Of a DNA stretch of 64,000 nt, positions 54,501-61,129 are shown one piece after another. Under the pieces are notes generated by a model. It made no database searches. It saw nothing but the letters and a program-made list of their open reading frames with translations, and was not told the DNA's origin. The number at the start of each line of letters is the position of its first letter. Positions within the stretch are counted from its first letter, which is position 1. The position numbers and the translations under genes were made by a program. This DNA is from Phoronis australis (lineage: Eukaryota; Animalia; Phoronida), in the NCBI GenBank assembly GCA_002633005.1, contig NMRA01000588.1, forward strand, positions 186,001 to 250,000, in the 5' to 3' direction.

Positions 54501-56850
54501 GGAACTCCCCCGACACGAGACGAACGACCGTCTTCGCGAGGCGAAGGGGTGAACTCAAGGACCTCGCCTGTCTATAGGCCGTCAACTCATTCCTCACCAC
54601 GTGGTCTGCCACCAGGTGGTGCCACAGCCAGGAGGTGAGTGTGATTAGCAGAAAGCCATGCAGTAATGCCAGTCTTGTTGGTGAAATTTTACCATGATCC
54701 TTCTTTGTAACTTCTGAGAATGATTTTATGAGACCTGTTAAGTTTTCGTGCTTCAAGGATGTGTTAGTTCACTTGTATTTCTGTACCATAACTTTTACCA
54801 AATTTGGACTTGGTTTTTAATTTAAATGTTTGGCACCAGGTTTCTGTCTGTAAGTGGTGTCAAGGTGGCCAAAATTACCTTGATCACGTCAAAGGTAATG
54901 CTGCCACTTGATTGGCTGTTTAATCAGTACCCTACAACACTGACATTGATATGTTACGAAATGTTACTCTGGTTATCAGCAGTTGTTGAGCTTGGAGTAT
55001 TTGTGTTTTACTATTGTTTGTTATTTAGCTGAGGGGACCATAAATCACAGCATTTAGTGGTCCTCCACTGTAACTGGAATTGTTTGCTAATTCTCACTGG
55101 TCACCAGGCATTATGCGCTCGACTCAAAACATTTTATTTGCAACCTGACTATTTAATTTTTTAATAGCGAAAATGTTGTACTGTATACGATCTGCTATAA
55201 ACCCATGAGTTTGCAATTGAGGAACTCCAAAAATGAGAATAGTGACGCTTTTACCTGGGTGAGCAAAAAACTTTTTTGTGCTTACATGGATTGTATATAA
55301 TTCCATTAGAAATTGGTTCATAAAGATGACTGAGCTTGTATCGTGATCTCCATGAATGCATGCTGTCAGGCTACATGAAGTATCAGATTTGGACTAACCA
55401 TGATGAGGCGAAAGTTGGAATTGAGACTGATTTTGACGTAGACTGAGTAGTTAGGGAAGACGGGCTTATACTCAAATAGGTGACCTTATACGCGAGACAA
55501 AATGCCAGCTTAATTTTGCTTTGTTTCAATTAGGCAAATCATTCCTATTGGTGATGATGGTAATGATGAGGATGACTACATACGTAGGCTTGAGAATCTT
55601 CAAGCCCGTCTTGGTGCTAACGGTCAGTATTTCATTCCTCCTTATTTTATCAGGTAACTGGCTTTTGTTCCTTGTAATATTGAGCCCAAACGGCTAATAA
55701 ATATCAAATTTTCTATTTCATATGACACTTCCTCCTTAATCTTTATTCTGCTGTCGTCTTTCTTCTTCATTTTGTGTTTGCAAATGTTTGATTTTTCTAG
55801 AATACATTCTGGTTTGCAAGCAGTGCGATGACAGCATTTTACTACTTGGAAACTTTAAGTGGTTTCACACAGTAATGGTGTCTTTTCACCTCATAGAAGA
55901 GATGCAGTTTCAAATAATCTTTGTTGGTTAATATACTTATCTTGATTGAACTATGTTGTGTAATGTTTAATGTGATGGACTTGTTGGATAGTGTTTAAAA
56001 TATGGAGGCTATTTCATGTAAAGTGGCTTGATATTAAAATGTGAAATTTTGACTTGTGCTCCCTCTTCAGAACTACGAAGTAAAGTTTTTGCAAGTGCCA
56101 GAACATCACAGTGTAGGAATTATAGTAAATGAAAAATATTTGTGAAACTAGCAATTTTTTGTATCCCTTGTACTTTTTCTGAGGTGAGATAAAATTTATT
56201 TTCAGAAATAGTTGTGTGGAGCGTAAGACAACATTTCTTGAGTGTTGAGTCGCATTTTGTGGAGCAGAGCCATCATGTAGTAAAACATCACTTATGAAAA
56301 ATATTTTATTATTGGATGCATTTCAACCCTGCCTACAATTCTAAAAAAATTGTGAAATAATGTTGATTAACTCCACAGCCAACATTTATTTCGTGGTTTC
56401 AATGTAAATTACATGTAGTTCTGGTTTCTTGTACCACATGTCAAAATTACACAAAAAGTGCGAAAATTACGCAATATCTGCGGAAAAAAAAGTGTAACTT
56501 CCATAGGTTTTGCAAAGCATTACACTAAATTCCAGGAATTCTGCATGCTGCAGTTGTCTTTGCAGGGCAAAACTGAATTTTTAATTAAGAAAACGCCACT
56601 GTGAATGTAAATTTGGAAGGGCAAATTGTTTTTACAAACCATTTTATGACTTTGAAACTTAAAAAGTGCAGATTCATTCTGCGCATTTTGAGACTAGTAT
56701 TTATTCTGCCCTACATGTCTTTAAAAAAGTTAAAAATACACTTAGTCTCGCTACTAGATTGTCCTAAGTTACTGAGATTTTAGGTTAATATGCCTACTTG
56801 GATATGTCTTATCCAGTTATGAGTGGAATATTTCTCTTGCAGCTGACTAA
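407..56850 (+). CDS. AKAP9: Pericentrin/AKAP9-family PACT-domain centrosomal coiled-coil protein; spliced, 5'-truncated gene span (50 coding exons in window, ~3,520 aa)
   Basis: Manual splicing gives a continuous frame of 10,572 nt with consistent phases. Segments match AKAP9/PCNT conserved blocks as recalled from memory: RVQSAVEKLLD, LHQESRARELLALELNKAEGLIEGF, DWRSDL..VF..ER, DRQSLLSE, LNERVLKQNAELT, PACT YGKYLKAESFRKALVYQKRYL...RFRSAVRVVIAVSRLKFLVSKWRR, and C-terminal DYIRRLENLQARLG. In invertebrates this is likely the single co-orthologue of AKAP9 and PCNT, so the symbol is approximate. Confidence 0.93.
1404..1518 (+). CDS. AKAP9: exon 2
   Basis: attcag|GTT...GAAG|gtacag; VEKATVEEKLQSLK...QLTE; phase 0-1; not in ORF track. 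Confidence 0.85.
1705..2043. repeat. ~95-bp diverged direct repeat (1705-1801 and 1950-2043) in intron 2
   Basis: shared core tcattagtgagattcacaaattt..gaaaag...cattgaatgtccattaaa...taattttgtgg. Confidence 0.75.
2208..2339 (+). CDS. AKAP9: exon 3
   Basis: cgacag|AA...GAAG|gtatag; ESRQMLEKVHQQE...EQEVE; phase 1-1. Confidence 0.85.
2681..3485 (+). CDS. AKAP9: exon 4
   Basis: atgcag|AT...CTCCG|gtaagg; within ORF 2662..3489; coiled coil; phase 1-2. Confidence 0.88.
4367..4536 (+). CDS. AKAP9: exon 5
   Basis: tcacag|G...AAAG|gtgggt; ETLEAEYAAKIE...EELRK; phase 2-1. Confidence 0.87.
5212..5360 (+). CDS. AKAP9: exon 6
   Basis: ccccag|CT...GAACAG|gtgtgt; an in-frame alternative acceptor lies 6 nt downstream; phase 1-0. 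Confidence 0.85.
5977..7173 (+). CDS. AKAP9: exon 7 (His-led hendecad coiled coil)
   Basis: ttccag|GAA...ATCAAG|gtaaac; ORF 5986..7191; phase 0-0. Confidence 0.9.
7455..7557 (+). CDS. AKAP9: exon 8
   Basis: tgacag|GAG...CAAG|gtaggg; phase 0-1. Confidence 0.85.
7600..8240 (+). mobile_element. old HINE/DINE-1-like element, related subfamily
   Basis: contains ggattttgatgaaatttggcac, ggatcca..caacta and gcccctagtggcaatttt as in the 19861 element; units ~140 bp apart; short hairpin near 8215-8235. Confidence 0.5.
8383..8481 (+). CDS. AKAP9: exon 9
   Basis: ttccag|AA...CAAG|gtatgt; EKVNELQNQL...QLRQ; phase 1-1. Confidence 0.85.
8481..8837. repeat. 30-bp minisatellite, ~12 units (GGTATGTACCATTGGCTTGGTATAGAGAAY)
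   Basis: units visible directly; unit 5 has a 4-nt deletion; unit 1 starts at the exon 9 donor. Confidence 0.95.
9084..9235 (+). CDS. AKAP9: exon 10
   Basis: ttacag|AG...CATGTG|gtgcgt; phase 1-0. Confidence 0.83.
9823..9966 (+). CDS. AKAP9: exon 11
   Basis: ttgcag|GAG...GAG|gtgagc; phase 0-0. Confidence 0.87.
10872..11023 (+). CDS. AKAP9: exon 12
   Basis: ttctag|GAG...GAGAG|gtatga; EQQQRVSLES...LRSDLDRVNEE; phase 0-2. Confidence 0.87.
11362..11522 (+). CDS. AKAP9: exon 13
   Basis: tttcag|G...GGAG|gtatta; phase 2-1. Confidence 0.85.
11738..11878 (+). CDS. AKAP9: exon 14
   Basis: tttcag|GT...TCAG|gtatta; DEGLDLSVRVSESIFAGPELEPEGE; phase 1-1. Confidence 0.87.
12198..12428 (+). CDS. AKAP9: exon 15
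   Basis: tttcag|AT...GAAG|gtatgt; RVQSAVEKLLD...LELNKAE, AKAP9-like block; phase 1-1. Confidence 0.9.
12954..13166 (+). CDS. AKAP9: exon 16
   Basis: ctttag|GT...CAAG|gtatgt; GLIEGFEAER; phase 1-1; 3' part repeated after N13817. Confidence 0.88.
13040..14595. other. N-separated near-identical duplication (13040-13816 vs 13818-14595); probable haplotype overlap
   Basis: single N at 13817; copies differ by scattered SNPs/indels; copy 2 starts mid-exon. Confidence 0.85.
15795..16027 (+). CDS. AKAP9: exon 17
   Basis: ttccag|AA...GAG|gtgatt; LLRETSQLRQEK...LEKQLKASKKFIE; phase 1-0. Confidence 0.9.
16005..16370. repeat. degenerate ~50-bp tandem repeat derived from the exon 17 3' end
   Basis: recurring gagctagcaag..attcatt...gatttagta...gggatattga. 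Confidence 0.65.
16449..16754 (+). CDS. AKAP9: exon 18
   Basis: ttacag|GAG...GAG|gttaga; EQTQEREQEREEFQREIDRLE; phase 0-0. Confidence 0.88.
17399..17473 (+). CDS. AKAP9: exon 19
   Basis: tttcag|AAG...CAG|gttagt; 75 nt; phase 0-0. Confidence 0.8.
17654..17725 (+). CDS. AKAP9: exon 20
   Basis: ttttag|AAA...GAG|gtttgt; 72 nt; phase 0-0. Confidence 0.8.
18800..18985 (+). CDS. AKAP9: exon 21
   Basis: accaag|GAG...GAG|gtacga; phase 0-0; partly repeated at 20226-20377. Confidence 0.82.
19668..19841 (+). CDS. AKAP9: exon 22 (allelic copy at 21065-21238)
   Basis: tcctag|GCT...ACA|gtaagg; phase 0-0. Confidence 0.85.
19861..20224 (+). mobile_element. young non-autonomous Helentron/DINE-1-like (HINE) element, 3'-truncated by the gap
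   Basis: inserted in a T-run; 5' hairpin ATGCGCCCACATAT/ATATGTGGACGCAT; (GTCC)5 microsatellite 19906-19925; two ~145-bp internal units; absent from the allelic copy at ~21255. Confidence 0.8.
21800..21934 (+). CDS. AKAP9: exon 23
   Basis: ctccag|GAA...CAG|gtgagt; LLDDKNAEIEHL; phase 0-0. Confidence 0.88.
21935..22145 (+). repeat. G-rich degenerate repeat (ggcactgggaggg-like) just after the exon 23 donor
   Basis: many GGG runs in otherwise AT-rich introns. Confidence 0.65.
22594..22740 (+). CDS. AKAP9: exon 24
   Basis: caacag|GCT...CAG|gtgcat; phase 0-0; not in ORF track. Confidence 0.85.
23609..23656 (+). CDS. candidate 48-nt frame-preserving cassette exon (TVARSDRINPEDYSDL); not counted among the 50
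   Basis: long pyrimidine tract, ttttag|ACT...TTG|gtactc; GC-richer than flanks; phase 0-0. Confidence 0.45.
25646..26051. repeat. 56-bp minisatellite, ~7 units
   Basis: GTTGGAGACCATGCTTGGAATATGTGGAATGATACACAATGTCAAGCATGGTCTTT, period 56. Confidence 0.95.
26765..26890 (+). CDS. AKAP9: exon 25 (allelic copy at 28839-28964)
   Basis: tttcag|GTA...CAG|gtgggt; VKLQEDFDLVQNMLEEKQQE; phase 0-0. Confidence 0.83.
27667..28128. repeat. 56-bp minisatellite, ~8 units (allelic copy)
   Basis: same unit, one more repeat than 25646-26051. Confidence 0.93.
29840..29953 (+). CDS. AKAP9: exon 26
   Basis: gaccag|CTG...CAG|gttggt; phase 0-0. Confidence 0.85.
30802..30906 (+). CDS. AKAP9: exon 27
   Basis: caacag|AAA...CAG|gtagga; phase 0-0. 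Confidence 0.85.
31243..32271 (+). CDS. AKAP9: exon 28 (E/K-rich coiled coil with 33-bp internal repeat)
   Basis: gttcag|ATT...CAG|gtacct; ORF 31231..32304; phase 0-0. Confidence 0.9.
31552..31683 (+). repeat. coding 33-bp tandem repeat x4 (KLEEQREELSE-like)
   Basis: aagcttgaagaacagaaggaagaactgtctgag and three variants. Confidence 0.9.
32689..32847 (+). CDS. AKAP9: exon 29
   Basis: ttatag|GAT...CAG|gtaaat; phase 0-0. Confidence 0.82.
33041..33142 (+). CDS. AKAP9: exon 30
   Basis: ctgtag|GTG...GAG|gtagat; phase 0-0. Confidence 0.85.
33480..33648 (+). CDS. AKAP9: exon 31
   Basis: ttccag|GCT...GAAG|gtgaga; phase 0-1. Confidence 0.87.
34616..34887 (+). CDS. AKAP9: exon 32
   Basis: tcacag|CA...AGA|gtatgt; low-complexity, probably disordered segment; phase 1-0. 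Confidence 0.85.
35425..35628 (+). CDS. AKAP9: exon 33
   Basis: tatcag|ACT...AGG|gtaaaa; AWEREKRSLLESIKSLKDLV; phase 0-0. Confidence 0.87.
36199..36320. repeat. three ~41-45-bp diverged tandem units
   Basis: agagcactgttt..tgtag.cct.ag.gatcaacattt repeated. Confidence 0.7.
37332..37505 (+). CDS. AKAP9: exon 34
   Basis: ttctag|CCT...CAG|gtttgt; DWRSDLICCVGRVFTKEREALL; phase 0-0. Confidence 0.88.
38829..39024 (+). CDS. AKAP9: exon 35
   Basis: cttaag|GAG...CAAG|gtaatg; TDRQSLLSETRSLKQ; phase 0-1. Confidence 0.87.
39362..39900 (+). mobile_element. older, near-complete copy of the same HINE family
   Basis: colinear with 19880-20140 (ttcggacggatccgactaccggtgtgcccc identical); 3' subterminal IR GTGGGCGCAT (39867-39876, reverse complement of the 19861 start), hairpin CAATGC-TCC-GCGTTG, then CTTGT and a T-run. 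Confidence 0.78.
40036..40258 (+). CDS. AKAP9: exon 36
   Basis: atccag|TG...GTCTC|gtaagc; EYKVQQEQ; phase 1-2. Confidence 0.88.
42096..42246 (+). CDS. AKAP9: exon 37
   Basis: acacag|G...GAG|gtaagg; phase 2-0. Confidence 0.87.
42617..42828 (+). CDS. AKAP9: exon 38
   Basis: ttctag|CGT...CAGAG|gtgaat; phase 0-2. Confidence 0.87.
43259..43442 (+). CDS. AKAP9: exon 39
   Basis: acacag|T...AAG|gtacat; phase 2-0. Confidence 0.87.
43840..43950 (+). CDS. AKAP9: exon 40
   Basis: cttcag|ATC...CAG|gtaggc; phase 0-0. Confidence 0.87.
44333..44542 (+). CDS. AKAP9: exon 41
   Basis: cttcag|AAC...GCG|gtaaga; R/E/Q-rich; phase 0-0. Confidence 0.87.
44845..45125 (+). CDS. AKAP9: exon 42
   Basis: tttcag|AAT...GCAAG|gtagga; phase 0-2. 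Confidence 0.87.
45486..45570 (+). CDS. AKAP9: exon 43
   Basis: tttcag|A...GAG|gtattg; phase 2-0. Confidence 0.83.
47052..47207 (+). CDS. AKAP9: exon 44
   Basis: ccacag|GCT...CAG|gtagct; LNERVLKQNAELTNYVAALSEDKAQLR; phase 0-0. Confidence 0.9.
50416..50610 (+). CDS. AKAP9: exon 45
   Basis: tttcag|TCA...AAG|gtacct; EREAWSLERQRLTSALREAE; phase 0-0. Confidence 0.88.
51280..51410 (-). mobile_element. remnant unit of the HINE family
   Basis: reverse complement reads atcttcatgaaagttggcagatgtgttcctac...gatggatccgactac. Confidence 0.5.
51654..51892 (+). CDS. AKAP9: exon 46, PACT domain core (centrosome-targeting, calmodulin-binding)
   Basis: ctgcag|ATA...TCCAG|gtaatg; IQRVYGKYLKAESFRKALVYQKRYLISLIGGF...RFRSAVRVVIAVSR. 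Confidence 0.95.
52843..52922 (+). CDS. AKAP9: exon 47, end of PACT domain
   Basis: gtgcag|G...CCTG|gtaagt; LKFLVSKWRR; phase 2-1. Confidence 0.92.
52890..54300. other. N-separated duplication (52890-53592 vs 53594-54300); probable haplotype overlap
   Basis: single N at 53593; copy 2 starts inside exon 47. Confidence 0.85.
54409..54634 (+). CDS. AKAP9: exon 48 (S/P/R-rich tail, TPPTRD)
   Basis: gtctag|GT...GGAG|gtgagt; phase 1-2. Confidence 0.87.
55534..55622 (+). CDS. AKAP9: exon 49 (DYIRRLENLQARLG)
   Basis: aattag|G...AACG|gtcagt; conserved AKAP9/PCNT C-terminal motif; phase 2-1. Confidence 0.87.
56843..56850 (+). CDS. AKAP9: probable last coding exon (AD*), followed by a ~1.4 kb 3' UTR
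   Basis: tttctcttgcag|CT GAC TAA completes phase 1; alternative endings exist (see findings). Confidence 0.55.
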
Positions 56851-58262
56851 GGACTATCATCCACAAGTAGATGGTAACCCTGGTTACAACCTACCAGTCT
56901 GACAGCAGTGACTTTACAACATTCCAGCATTTAGTGTTCAGTAACAGGTCTTTCTACTGAGCCAGTGTACTCGACCATTTTCTCATAATGGCAACTGTTA
57001 CTCATTCCTTGAACCCTCTTGGGTCTGTTTACACCAACCTCTTACTTACATCATACATTGTGTCCAAAGTTGTTGAGGTGATGGAGTATGAAGATTCCAG
57101 AATGATAGCTCGAAAATCATTTCAGTATTTGGTGCCGATATCTTGATGGGTACAGATGAAAATACTGATAAGTTTTAGTTGCATTTCCACTCTGTTTTTA
57201 TATCTGTGTTGCGACAGTGGTTGTACATGTAACAGTGGTTGGTATAGGTCTTGCCTGGTAGAACTGATGAAATGACAATTACTGTGTCAGCATTATACAT
57301 TTTGATAATTTTACTTGAAAGGTGCTGCAGAAATATAGTTTCTTTAATTTGCAAAGGTGCAGTTATGAAGGGAGGAGGTGAGCACTCACCTGGTGTTACT
57401 AGTGAAAAATGCCAGGACGTTTTTGTCATTTTGATGAAAAACTTAAGGATACAACTCCTTGAATGCATGGTTTTGTGTGATGGGATGGTTGTTTCATTGG
57501 AGTAGCCTGTTGGACATAAAGCTCCTAATTTCAATGGCTATATCTGGAGAAATGCTTTCAGAAAAAAACTTGCTTTAGGTGAAGTACGCCTTGACACTGT
57601 CAGCATGCCTGCGTGCCCGACTGCAAACATTTTTATTTCATATAAGTATGACGACAATGTTCCCATGATCTCCACAGGGGCACTGGAATTCCTTTGTGTT
57701 GTAGATGCCAATAGTGCCATTCAGATTGTGTTTGTGTGTCATTTTGTTTGAACTAGCAGGCGTGTTTTGTTACTTTGTTTAGTTGTGTTATTTTTTTTTT
57801 TAATCCTTTTCATTGAAACCATAGTGTCACAGTGTAGGGCTGGATGTTTTAGGGATATTGCATCTGGACCACCTGTGTTGGAAACATTCGATTGGTGTTT
57901 TTCCAAATTCTATTGGCACCTTCTTGATTTAGACAGTTGTGGTTGTGAATGTATACCTATGTGGGACTTGTTTTAAACATTGCTGGAAGAACAGGAACAC
58001 TGAAGCATGTGGACAAACAAAGTATTGTGTAGGAATGCCTTGATAGTTATTTTGCTGGATAAGATTGTCTATGTTTTACTGAGAGTGGGCTTTGCAATTG
58101 TTTAAATTCTAGTAGTAACTGCTTCTGGGAGAAACATCTCCCTGATAGACTATTAATTGTAAATGGTGGAACCAGTTGCTGATAAATTATGTGCAGTGCA
58201 AATATTATCAAGAGATTGATTAAATTTATTTTCGTGACTATTTATTATTTTATTCCAACAAA

Positions 58263-58268
58263 AATAAA
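58263..58268 (+). terminator. candidate polyadenylation signal AATAAA
   Basis: AATAAA inside U-rich context with T/GT-rich sequence downstream, ~1.4 kb after the stop. Confidence 0.45.
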
Positions 58269-59764
58269 TCTTTTCACTTTACCTTGTTCATGTCTGCCAA
58301 ATATCGAAGCTTTTTATTCAATAGGTTGGCCACATTTCCGGTGCATCTGTTTTCCTGTGTAATGTTACATGGGATACTCCATTCTGTAGTCTGTTATGGT
58401 CTATGTACCTACTAGACGCATGTTTTAAAAGATGGAGTAGATCGAAAATGCTCCCATGATTCTGCACGCTCCACAAAATGTGTCATTTCAGGCCCCGGTC
58501 AACATGGGGGCACGCATACCCTAAACAAGACCCTCACTCACATGGGGGAAGGTTGCCTGTGCCTCCTGAGAGGAGAATTTTTTATGATGAGGGGAAAATA
58601 CCCTCCCCTCCTGTGCGTGTGTCGGAATATGGCTACTCAAAGTAGGTTGTGAACCCAGGACTGAAGTGTACGTCTTTGCTCAGTCCTATGTGACAATGCG
58701 ATGGCCTCATACAAAAACTAGTTGGGTTGACCCAAAACACGATGGCCGGCGTTGTATCGGACTTTCTAAGAGACTTGCTTTGAAAGTAGATCCCGATGTG
58801 TTCCGCCATTGTGTTTTGAACACTGGCCTAGCTGTTTAAGGTCCGGCGGATCAGTTTTTAGATGCGGCCATCTGGTTTTGAGGAACCGGATATCGTGTTT
58901 TGAGGTCCGATCACCAACCGTTAGAACACTGGCCATTGGGTCGTTGCAGTACAACCAGCTGCTTTTGAAGTCCTACCAATTGTCGATTCCCCCTTGGTCA
59001 TGGGCGAATGAAAGTTTCCGCTGGGCAAGATCTTTGAACTCACTTCATTGACTCTCAGTCACTGACGCACACTCGGTACAAAGCGTGGCGCATGCGCTCA
59101 AAAACACGACTCCAGTATCTGGTTGCATGAAACTTTCCCACAGTAGGAACTGGTCCAAGTTCCCTAAATGCATTGCGTATTTGTGGACTGTGGGAACACT
59201 CGTTGTCCTTTCTTGTACTAATTCAATTTTAATAAACACGTTTTTGCTTTTAGAACAAATCGAGACTGAACTGTACGCTGATTGTTCAATATAATTGAAG
59301 ATTGAGTCCAAGCTGGAGTTCAACGTTTACTGTTAGTTGTATTGATTTAAATGTTATTAGTAAAAGAGGAGCTCAAACGAAAAAGAAAAAGATTACATCT
59401 ATGCACAAAGAACGACACAAACACGGAAATATGTAAGGAACTTAGTTGAGTCCCTATTTAGGACTGTACCGTAAACTATCCCCGGTACTTTAGTAAACAC
59501 TGCTCGCGGACGCTTCACCGAGTACGTCGTGCACACGATTATTAAATTATCTGAGTCGGCGCCAGTCGCATTTTTGGAGCATAATCCGTGCTTAATAACA
59601 TGTGCGGAGCTGTGATCGTGGGTCAATGACGGAGCCGAGCTGACAGGTCAGTGAGGCATGTTGTTCTTGTAGCCTGTATGTTTCCTCGTGTTTACGCAGC
59701 ATGTTTTACACAAGCAGGCAGATAAAAATTCACAGATACGATTAGTGGTGTTTGGGTGTAAAGA

Positions 59765-60475
59765 TGGTGCTTTTGACAGCGCTGTGGTGTGCTATGAAAC
59801 TCATTCTGGCCACTGCTGAAAATGTGGCCAGCGATTTAAGCAAGAACTTCGAATTTTGTTACCATTCACTAGATCAGTGGTTAAGTATAAGTCTGTAAAC
59901 CAAATCATTGAACTATTTAAGAGCTGAGTATTGGGTAAAGGGTACTAAATTATTGTCTATTTGCAAAGTTTAGGTTGTTGATGTGGCACACTGAACGATT
60001 GAAGGGAATTCTATGTTTCTCAGTAGTGGAAAATGTGAATTATAATTTTCAGTAAACAAATTATGTTTGGATTCGAACCTATTATTAAAAGTAGAAACAT
60101 TGCTAAGCATTAAAAATTCNTGGTGCTTTTGACAGCGCTGTGGTGTGCTATGAAACTCATTCTGGCCACTGCTGAAAATGTGGCCAGCGATTTAAGTAAG
60201 AACTTCGAATTTTGTTACCATTCACTAGATCAGTGGTTAAGTATAAGTCGGTAAACCAAATCATTGAACTATTTAAGAGCTGAGTATTGGGTAAAGGGTA
60301 CTAAATTATTGTCTATTTGCAAAGTTTAGGTTGTTGATGTGACACACTGAACGATTGAAGGGAATTCTATGTTTCTCAGTAGTGGAAAATGTGAATTATA
60401 ATTTTCAGTAAACAAATGATGTTTGGATTCGAACCTATTATTAAAAGTAGAAACATTGCTAAGCATTAAAAATTC
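59765..60475. other. N-separated duplication (59765-60119 vs 60121-60475); probable haplotype overlap
   Basis: single N at 60120; only a few SNPs between copies. Confidence 0.85.
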
Positions 60476-60683
60476 CTTCAGATTAAGTAGTCAACATTTA
60501 TTCTTGGAAATAACCCCCCCCCCCCTTTCAAGAAAGCATTTTTTTACCTAAGATTTTCTCAACTTTAATATGTAGGACGTTTGAAAACTGGCCAAAATTT
60601 GGCCCCACACAATAATGGGAGACTTCTTTTTGGCATTGTAAAATGGCTTCCTATTCATAAGTAATTGTATAAAATATCTTGAA

Positions 60684-60836
60684 CAGTGGCAGATTTAGAG
60701 GGGGGCCAAGGGGGCCATGCCCCCCTAAAATTCTCAAGATTCCATTGGGCAGTTCGGTAGTGCCAATGTCTAACAGGCAAAATCCTGGCTAATACTCTGC
60801 CCTGCCCCCCAACTCAAAATCCTGGATCCGCCCATG
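60684..60836. mobile_element. short MITE-like element
   Basis: imperfect terminal inverted repeats CAGTGGCAGATTTAGAGGGGGG / AAAATCCTGGATCCGCCCATG with internal G and C runs; no clean target-site duplication seen. Confidence 0.55.
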
Positions 60837-60839
60837 GTG

Positions 60840-61129
60840 AATGTGGTCGCGAAAAACGTTAGAGCCACATGGAGAACTCGAGCATAAGTTGCGTTGACAA
60901 ACTATATTTGTTTCCTTCTTATAGTTACTCGGTTCAACTGTAACATACAAAAAACGTTCTATGAGACAATTGAACAATACNAACAACAATGTGGTCGCGA
61001 AAATCGTTAAAGCCACATGGAGAACTCGAGTATAAGTTGCGTTGACAAACTTTATTCGTTTCTTTCTTATAGTTACTCGGTTCAACTGTAACATACAAAA
61101 AAACGTTCTAAGAGACAATTGAACAATAC
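60840..61129. other. N-separated duplication (60840-60980 vs 60988-61129); probable haplotype overlap
   Basis: single N at 60981. Confidence 0.8.

Noticed and set aside
60069-60079. tRNA gene suggested by a perfect B-box (GGTTCGAATCC on the minus strand; also in the second copy)
   Set aside because: I could find no A-box or cloverleaf stems in the AT-rich flanks.
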